Positions 57,979 to 64,000 of a stretch of DNA of 64,000 nucleotides are shown piece by piece. Both the position numbers and the translations under genes were made by a program. Position 1 is the stretch's first letter, and every line of letters starts with the position of its first letter. The notes under the pieces were generated by a model that was not told the origin of the DNA, did not search any database, and was given only the letters and a program-made list of their open reading frames with translations. This DNA is from an uncultured Spirochaetota bacterium (GTDB lineage Bacteria > Spirochaetota > Spirochaetia > SZUA-6 > Fen-1364): the NCBI GenBank assembly GCA_963745235.1, contig CAVUXE010000053.1:298404-362403 (forward strand), in the 5' to 3' direction.

Positions 57979-58765
57979 GGCTGCACCTTGTCTTTCAGGC
58001 CGTGCGAGTACTCGAGGAGGAACTCGTCCAGCTCCTTCAGGGATATCTTCGCCTTCGACGATGCTCGCCACGATCTCCCCCCTGTCGATGACGATGAACC
58101 GGTCGGAGATCTCGTAGACGTCGGCGAGGTTGTGCGAGATGTAGATGCTCGCCTTGCCCGCCTCCTTGATCTTGTGGACGAAGTTCAGCACCTTCCGCAC
58201 TTCCTTCAGGGAGAGGGCGACCGTCGGCTCGTCCAGGATGATGAGATCCGCCTCGAAATGCATTGCCCTGCCGATGGCCACGCCCTGGCGCTCGCCGCCG
58301 GAGAGCTTGTTCGCCTTCGAATCCACGCCGATTCCCTTGCCGCGGAACCCGATGGTGTTGACCATGATCTCGTTGGCGATCTGCTTCTCTTCCTTGACCT
58401 TCAGGAAGCCGAGCGGGTAGGTGATCTCCCGGCCGATGAAGAAGTTCCTCCACATGGCCTGCTTCTCCCCGAGAGACTTGTCCTGGTAGACGGTCTCGAT
58501 TCCCAGCGCGTGCGCCTTCTTCACGGTGTAGGAAGCCGTGTCCACCTTGCGCGTCTGCGATGTACAGCTCTCCGCTGGTGGGCGGGAAGACACCGGTGAG
58601 GATCTTCACCAGGGTCGATTTGCCGGCGCCGTTGTCCCCGATGAGACCGACGATTTCGTTGTGGCCGACCTCGAAATTGATGTTCTTCAAGGCGCAGACC
58701 GAACCGAAGTACTTCTCGATGTTGACCATGCGCAGCGCGGTGCGCTCCGGGGGAGGTTCAGCCAC
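57975..58765 (-). CDS. Single-domain sugar ABC ATPase with apparent frameshifts
   Basis: GDNGAGKST (ORF 58037..58765); LSGGERQ, ILDEPT and ISHN in another frame; TGA overlaps the permease ATG. Confidence 0.82.
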
Positions 58766-58787
58766 GAAGCGTTCTCCTTTCGAAAAA

Positions 58788-58964
58788 GGTACAGCTTATG
58801 CCTTCTCACCTCGCGAATGATATCATGACATTTTTGAGTTTGCAACATTTTTCTTGAGCATATTCAAAATTTCCCCAAAGAAATGAGGTATTGTGAAAGC
58901 GTTGGCAACGCGCGCGCAATTATTAATTTTGACATTTCGGGGATATTACGGTACAACATGTACC
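58788..58964. promoter_or_regulatory. Divergent promoter region with palindromic operators
   Basis: TTGACA(58929)-N17-TACAAC; GGTACA-ACA-TGTACC at 58950-58964; degenerate copy GGTACA-GCT-TATGCC at 58788-58802; TGAAAGCGTTGGCA at 58894-58907. Confidence 0.6.
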
Positions 58965-58981
58965 AGTAGGGCTCTGCTTTG

Positions 58982-60156
58982 ATGAAGAAGCATCAGGTCG
59001 TAGAGACCTGGATAGAAACAGGATCGATGAGGGACGTGCTCATTCCCGGGGAAAAGCTCCCCTCGGAGAGCCAGCTGTGCGCTCCAGTTCGGCGTGTCGC
59101 GGAACGCGGTCCGCCAGGCAATCCACAACCTCGTCCACGAGGGCCTCGTCGAGAGCATCAAGGGAGTCGGGACCTTCTGCCGGACGCGGCTCCCTCCCTC
59201 GTCCGCTCTCAACGAACATCGGCCTGGTGGAGTTCTTCATCAGCTCCTATATCTATCCAGAGATCATCCGCGGCTGCTACAACACGCTTTCCCGCAAGGG
59301 ATTCGCATCTTCTGCTCAATCAGTCCGAGTACAACCTCGAGCAGGAAAGAGGCGATTCTCCAGGATCTGCGAAAGAAGAAGGTCGGCGGGCATCATCATC
59401 GCCCCCATCTACGGCGCGGGGGACCGGTCCAACGCGCTCCTGCTGGAGGAGATCCAGAACGAAGGCATCCGCCGTGGTGCTCTGCGACGACTACTTTCCC
59501 GGCAGGAACTTCAGCAGCGTCACTCTCGACTACCAGACCTGCGGAGAGGAGGCCGCCGCGCACCTCTGGAAGAAGGGGCACCGCAAGATCGGCATCTTCT
59601 ATCAGAAGGATTTCCTGGTCAAGGCGAACAGGATGAAAGGCGTGCTGGACTTCCTGGGGAGGCAGGAGGCGCCCGTGAGGGAGTCCTGGATCGTCGGTTT
59701 CAACGGACAGGGTCCGACCAGCGGGGCCTCCGCCGCGGCGGAACGGTTCCTGCGGGGGCGAAGGAGCTCCCCAGCGCATTCGTCTGCGGCAACGACGAGG
59801 ACGCGCTGCGCCTGATCGAGGCGGCGGAGAGGCAGGGCATCCGCGTTCCGGACGACCTTTCCGTGGTGGGGTTCGACAATTCGGACATCGCGCAGCTTGA
59901 GAAGATCTCCCTGACCTCGGTGGATCACCCCAGCTTCGAGATCGGGGAGAAGGCGGCGAACATCCTGCTGGACAAGATTCTCCATCCGGAAATCCGCTTC
60001 GTCACGCACACAATCATCACTCCCTCCCTGGTGGAGCGCAGCTCGGTGCGGAGCCTGATACCTGCAGCCCCTATTCCGCCGAGCACGCTCCTGCAGCGCA
60101 CCGCCGGAGTGATTCATGAGCCGTCCCGGACGAAAAACGCGATGCACGAGATCTGA
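58982..60156 (+). CDS. AraR-like regulator (GntR HTH plus LacI-type sensor) with several apparent frameshifts
   Basis: KLPSESQL, VSRNAVRQAI, GVGTF, YIYPEIIRG, GHRKIG, VPDDLSVVGFDNS and LTSVDHP, spread over three frames. Confidence 0.82.
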
Positions 60157-60839
60157 AGCGGTTGCCACCGGGTTTCGACCAGCCTGCAATTGAGATTCCG
60201 GCAGACCGTTTCGAACTCTCTCACCCAGTCGTTTCTCCAGATGATTTTCTTGAGATCTCTCCCCGCTTCCCGCCAGGGCGAAAAGCGAAGGAACAGGCTC
60301 AATATGAGCCAGTAGACGTTGTAAAGCGCCCGCAGCAGGAGCAGGCGGGGTCGGGTGAAGTCATGGATCAGGAGCAGGCCTCCCGGCGCCAGAAGGGCGT
60401 GGCAATTCCTGGTCAGCTTCGAGAGATCAACGTACTTGGGCAGGTAGGAGCTTATGATCAGGTCAAATGGTCCAAACCCCGCCAATTCAGCCATTTCCAG
60501 CTCGTCCGCATTGTGCTGATAGAAGAATATCCTGTCCCGTTGATGGGGTTGCATTTTCGACTGGGCGATGTCCAGGTATTCCGATGTGATGTCGAGACCC
60601 ACGATAGTGGAATCTGGATACATCCCGGCCAGCGCAAAGGTCACGAGGCCTGTGCCGCAGGCCAGATCCAGGATCTTTGCGGGTGACCTCACACGCTGGC
60701 GGCTTATGTCGAGCATTCTCCTTTTCCACAGGGCATCCATCCCCAGGGTCGTCATGTGGACAGCTCTTTCGTAGGTCCTGGCCGTGTCCGCGAAAATGCG
60801 CCGGACTTCCTCTTCCCGGCTGGCCTGTGGATTACACAT
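60114..60839 (-). CDS. UbiE/MenG-like class I methyltransferase
   Basis: ILDLACGTG, GLDIT, LAPGG..LIHDF. Confidence 0.85.
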   Translation of the reverse strand: MCNPQASREEEVRRIFADTARTYERAVHMTTLGMDALWKRRMLDISRQRVRSPAKILDLACGTGLVTFALAGMYPDSTIVGLDITSEYLDIAQSKMQPHQRDRIFFYQHNADELEMAELAGFGPFDLIISSYLPKYVDLSKLTRNCHALLAPGGLLLIHDFTRPRLLLLRALYNVYWLILSLFLRFSPWREAGRDLKKIIWRNDWVREFETVCRNLNCRLVETRWQPLQISCIAFFVRDGS

Positions 60840-60859
60840 TGAGTTTGTCTCCCCGTATG

Positions 60860-63800
60860 TTATCGCACGACAAGCACCTTGCGGATCTCGTCGAACCCGG
60901 GACCGACCACGCGGATGAAGTAGATCCCCCTTGCCACCGCGCGGCCGCCGCGGTTCCTGCCGTCCCAGGCCGTCGTGTAGGTCCCTGCCCCCTGCGAGCC
61001 GCGCTGCAGGACGTTCACGATGCTGCCGCTGAGGTCGAACACCATGATCGTCACTTGTCCCGGGGTGCTCACCGTGTAATTCAGATATGCCACTTGCCCA
61101 TTGTCGGGACGGATCACGTTGTTCGTTATGGTGACCCCGCCACGCTGCTGAATGATGGAATGCAACAGGTACTCAAACGGCTGCACGCTGGCCGGATTGG
61201 CGGGCATGAGCGGAAATGCGCAGGGCAGAAGGTGTCCTGCTCCATCGTTCAGGAGGAAGATGAACTGGAACAACGCCCCATCCTTGATGGCCGGGTCCGT
61301 GGCCGGGATGATGAAATCCCGAAGCGCCCCGTTGGTGCCGGAGGAAACGATGCCGCGCGCCTGCGAGTCACCCGGATAATGAACGCGATCACCGCCCAGG
61401 TTCCCGGGCCACAAGGTTGTCGTGCCCGGGGGAATCCACAGATTCTTGAAATCTACCGCGGATGGCGGGTTGATGTCCCAGTACAGCGTCACCGTGGCAC
61501 CCGACAGACTGGGCGGCATGATCCTGGCTTCCAGGAACGTGTTCTGCGGCGGCAGCCACTTGCTGCCGTCGAATAGGGTCACCGAGCCGGTCCCGCCGCG
61601 CGAAGGATCCTGGGTGACCTGCTGGTCAAGGGCAATCACAGGGGTGACAAAGCCTATGCCAACGTCGGAGATGCTGTGGGCGGGCGCGGTTGGACCGGGA
61701 GCGGAGCTGGGCGTCAGCATCGCCCTGCCGCTGAAGGGGGCTACCGCGGTCACACTGGGAGGAAGGTTCCCGTCGGGGTTCGTATTCGTGTATGCCGCTG
61801 CCCCTGGGTTGCCCGAATAGTGACTCTGCAAGCCCAAGGCGAAGTTTGATGGATAGTCGAATGTCGTGGGATATGCCTGCTGGCTCCAGATCTGTCCGAC
61901 ACCCGCCAAGGTTGCCGCGCTGATTGTCTGGCCTCCCGGCTGGAGAAGATCGGCCACGCCTAGCGAAGCGGGAAGCGCCACAATCGCGCCGTGAGCGGCG
62001 TTGCCGCTCGTCTCGGTCGGCTGTACCGTCAGTACGCCTGCGACGGAATACGACAGGCTCGCGCCGGTAATCGACGCGCTTTCCGTGTCGTTTCCATACA
62101 CCGGCTCGGAGAAGTGCACGTATGCCTGGGTACTCCCCAGTGCCGCAAGGGTGTACGTGATCACGGGCCGAGCGCCGCTTGCGGCGACGTAGAGCTTCGT
62201 GGTCCCCGCCGTGTTGTGCGCCACCAGGGCGCCTCCGGCAACCCCGAGGCTCGTGTTTGCGGTCACCTGCCACGTCGGCGTGGCGTTCGTATCTTCCTGC
62301 GGTCCTTGCTGCAGGAGGATATCGAAAACGTCCGTGCCGGGGACCACTTGCTGGTAGCCGGTAACGGTGTATCCACTTACCTGGGCGATGAAGCCGGCGA
62401 AGTTGTTGTTGAGGGGTATCGTGGGCAGAACCTGGACACGGATTCTGTTTATGCGGCCGCTGTTGAGCGTGTCCAGAGTCCAGCTGGCCACGATGGGAAC
62501 GGAGAAAATCCAGTTGTAGTTGTTGCCCCCGTCATTTGCATTTGCCCCGGGGACGATCTGGTTTGTCGCATAGCTCCACGAAACGATCGCGTTGTTGACA
62601 TTCGGTGGCGCGCCATTATTCGTGATGACCCACTGCCCCAGCAAGGTCGGCGGCGGAGTCGTGTTGGACGTTGCATTCGGACTGTCAGTTGTCAGTGTGA
62701 TCAGGGAGGAGCTGCTCCCCAGCACCGTGAAGCTCCCTCCCGCAACTATTGTCTGGGTCATCAAGTGCTGGAACTGGATGGTCTTGCCCGCGGCGCTGGC
62801 CGCGGTGACGCTGAAGTTGTACCAACTGTTGTTTCCTGTGATCGAAAGCTGCGCGGCGTTCTGCAAGGTGAAAGAGACTGTCCCGTTTCCGGGAGTGAAA
62901 GTCCCCGCGTTGTTCCACTGCGCGCCGTTCATCGTGATGGTGAAGGACCCTGCTCCGCCGTTCAAGGTCCCCGTCCCGCTCACGCTCAGCGTGTTGTTGA
63001 TCCCGATGCCGGCCTGCAGAGTTACGTTCGCCGAGGCTGCAATCGTCAGGTTGTAGAAGGTTGCGGCTGTCTGAACCGATCCTGTCCCCGTGAAGCTCAC
63101 CGTGCTGCTTGCCGCGTTGAAGCCCGTCACGCCCCAATTGCCACCAACGCCGATGGCCTCTGAAGCCGCGGCTGTCAGCGCCCCTGCTCCCGTCAGGCTC
63201 CCTGCCACGGTGAGATTGTTGTTGGCAGTGCTAAAGAGCCCGCCGGCGGAAATCGTCAGGTTGTTCCCAACCGTGAGAGCCTCTGTCGCGATGGCTACTC
63301 CGGCCCCCCCGGCGCTGATAGTCAGGTCATAGGGCTGGTGCAGAGGTGTCTGCGCAAAATGGATGGTTGTTCCGGGACCGCTCATCGTTAGAGTGGACGT
63401 GTTTGCGATGAATGTGGCCACCGCCTGCACATCGACGCTGCCGCTGGAGCTTATGGCTGCATTGGCGGCTGTGATGGTTCCTCCGATTTGGACCAACCCG
63501 CCCGCGCCCAGGGTGACCGTCCCCGCCCCGGAAAGGGTGTAGGCCCCAGCACTCACGGTCAACGAAGCCGCACTCAGCGTGCCCGTGGACTGGGTAATCG
63601 AGGCGTTCGCGTTGCTGATGGTAATGGTCTTCCCGTTGGTCAAGCCGTCCAGGGTCCCTGTGCCGATGGCAATTCCTGTTACATTTGTCGAGCTCAGCGC
63701 AAGGTTTGCGCCGAGCCGCAGGAGGTTGCCGCCCAGGGCAAGAACTCCCTGCGTCATGGTCAACAGGTTGGACACCGTGAGGTTTCCCGCCAGGCTCACC

Positions 63801-64000
63801 TGGGGAGCCGTAGCGTAGGCGCTATTGACCGTCAGGTTGATCAGCGTCGAGGTCGACAGATCCGCCGTCTGCCCTGCCGCACTCCCGTTCAGCGTCACCG
63901 TCCCCGTGGAGGTGATCAGCCCTCCCGCCTGCGTGATGTTCCCCGCTACGTTCAACGCCAGGGCTCCCATGGCCAACGTCCCCTTGCTCAGCGCAAGGTT
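60860..64000 (-). CDS. Very large T/G/A/N-rich surface protein with a C-terminal FlgD-Ig domain, partial (5' end outside the window)
   Basis: Open frame to the window edge; beta-helix-like NLT(I/V) repeats; C-terminus VFDLSG.IV..L...WDGRNRGGRAVARGIYFIRV...RKVLVVR. Confidence 0.85.
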   Translation of the reverse strand, partial: NLALSKGTLAMGALALNVAGNITQAGGLITSTGTVTLNGSAAGQTADLSTSTLINLTVNSAYATAPQVSLAGNLTVSNLLTMTQGVLALGGNLLRLGANLALSSTNVTGIAIGTGTLDGLTNGKTITISNANASITQSTGTLSAASLTVSAGAYTLSGAGTVTLGAGGLVQIGGTITAANAAISSSGSVDVQAVATFIANTSTLTMSGPGTTIHFAQTPLHQPYDLTISAGGAGVAIATEALTVGNNLTISAGGLFSTANNNLTVAGSLTGAGALTAAASEAIGVGGNWGVTGFNAASSTVSFTGTGSVQTAATFYNLTIAASANVTLQAGIGINNTLSVSGTGTLNGGAGSFTITMNGAQWNNAGTFTPGNGTVSFTLQNAAQLSITGNNSWYNFSVTAASAAGKTIQFQHLMTQTIVAGGSFTVLGSSSSLITLTTDSPNATSNTTPPPTLLGQWVITNNGAPPNVNNAIVSWSYATNQIVPGANANDGGNNYNWIFSVPIVASWTLDTLNSGRINRIRVQVLPTIPLNNNFAGFIAQVSGYTVTGYQQVVPGTDVFDILLQQGPQEDTNATPTWQVTANTSLGVAGGALVAHNTAGTTKLYVAASGARPVITYTLAALGSTQAYVHFSEPVYGNDTESASITGASLSYSVAGVLTVQPTETSGNAAHGAIVALPASLGVADLLQPGGQTISAATLAGVGQIWSQQAYPTTFDYPSNFALGLQSHYSGNPGAAAYTNTNPDGNLPPSVTAVAPFSGRAMLTPSSAPGPTAPAHSISDVGIGFVTPVIALDQQVTQDPSRGGTGSVTLFDGSKWLPPQNTFLEARIMPPSLSGATVTLYWDINPPSAVDFKNLWIPPGTTTLWPGNLGGDRVHYPGDSQARGIVSSGTNGALRDFIIPATDPAIKDGALFQFIFLLNDGAGHLLPCAFPLMPANPASVQPFEYLLHSIIQQRGGVTITNNVIRPDNGQVAYLNYTVSTPGQVTIMVFDLSGSIVNVLQRGSQGAGTYTTAWDGRNRGGRAVARGIYFIRVVGPGFDEIRKVLVVR

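Noticed and set aside
11840-59760. Programmed frameshifting or phase variation as the cause of the split genes
   Set aside because: No long homopolymers, SSRs or shared slippery motif at the breaks, and the affected genes are unrelated.
1-64000. CRISPR arrays, tRNA/rRNA genes, IS elements, prophage, DGR or retron
   Set aside because: No repeat-spacer periodicity, structural RNA signature, transposase, integrase or reverse-transcriptase motif was seen by eye. Short elements could have been missed.

Overview
GC-rich bacterial chromosomal DNA, most likely a free-living Spirochaetia; this is inferred from protein families and signal-peptide style. No rRNA, tRNA, CRISPR array or IS element was recognised. 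Many genes carry single-base indels, densest at 55.3-60.2 kb, which look like long-read consensus errors. Contents in order: (1) a partial GH2 beta-glucuronidase. (2) A ~13.3 kb cell-envelope locus (1.4-14.7 kb) bracketed by two outward-facing paralogous lipoproteins with a conserved N-terminus and swapped C-terminal domains. It encloses a FecR-like protein, three predicted beta-barrel proteins, a membrane-anchored coiled-coil protein, a third lipoprotein and a HAMP class III adenylate cyclase. This is the best candidate for an undescribed trans-envelope signalling or surface-display system. (3) A xylan locus (ABC importer, GH10, GH43). (4) A HxlR redox-stress operon. (5) A TetR-controlled acyl-CoA cluster with two non-canonical KAS III enzymes, an SCP2-type thiolase, an SDR, a CoA-transferase, an esterase and a LIV-type ABC importer. 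(6) A YD-repeat exported protein. (7) A GntR sugar-redox operon. (8) Nudix, methyltransferase and malate synthase G genes. (9) A ROK/ABC/YdjC/DegT/Gfo amino-sugar cluster. (10) Tandem Phd-VapC and MNT-HEPN modules. (11) A sugar ABC system with an AraR-like regulator. (12) A methyltransferase and the 3' part of a very large protein with a FlgD-Ig C-terminus. Family calls come from motif recognition by eye; no searches were run.
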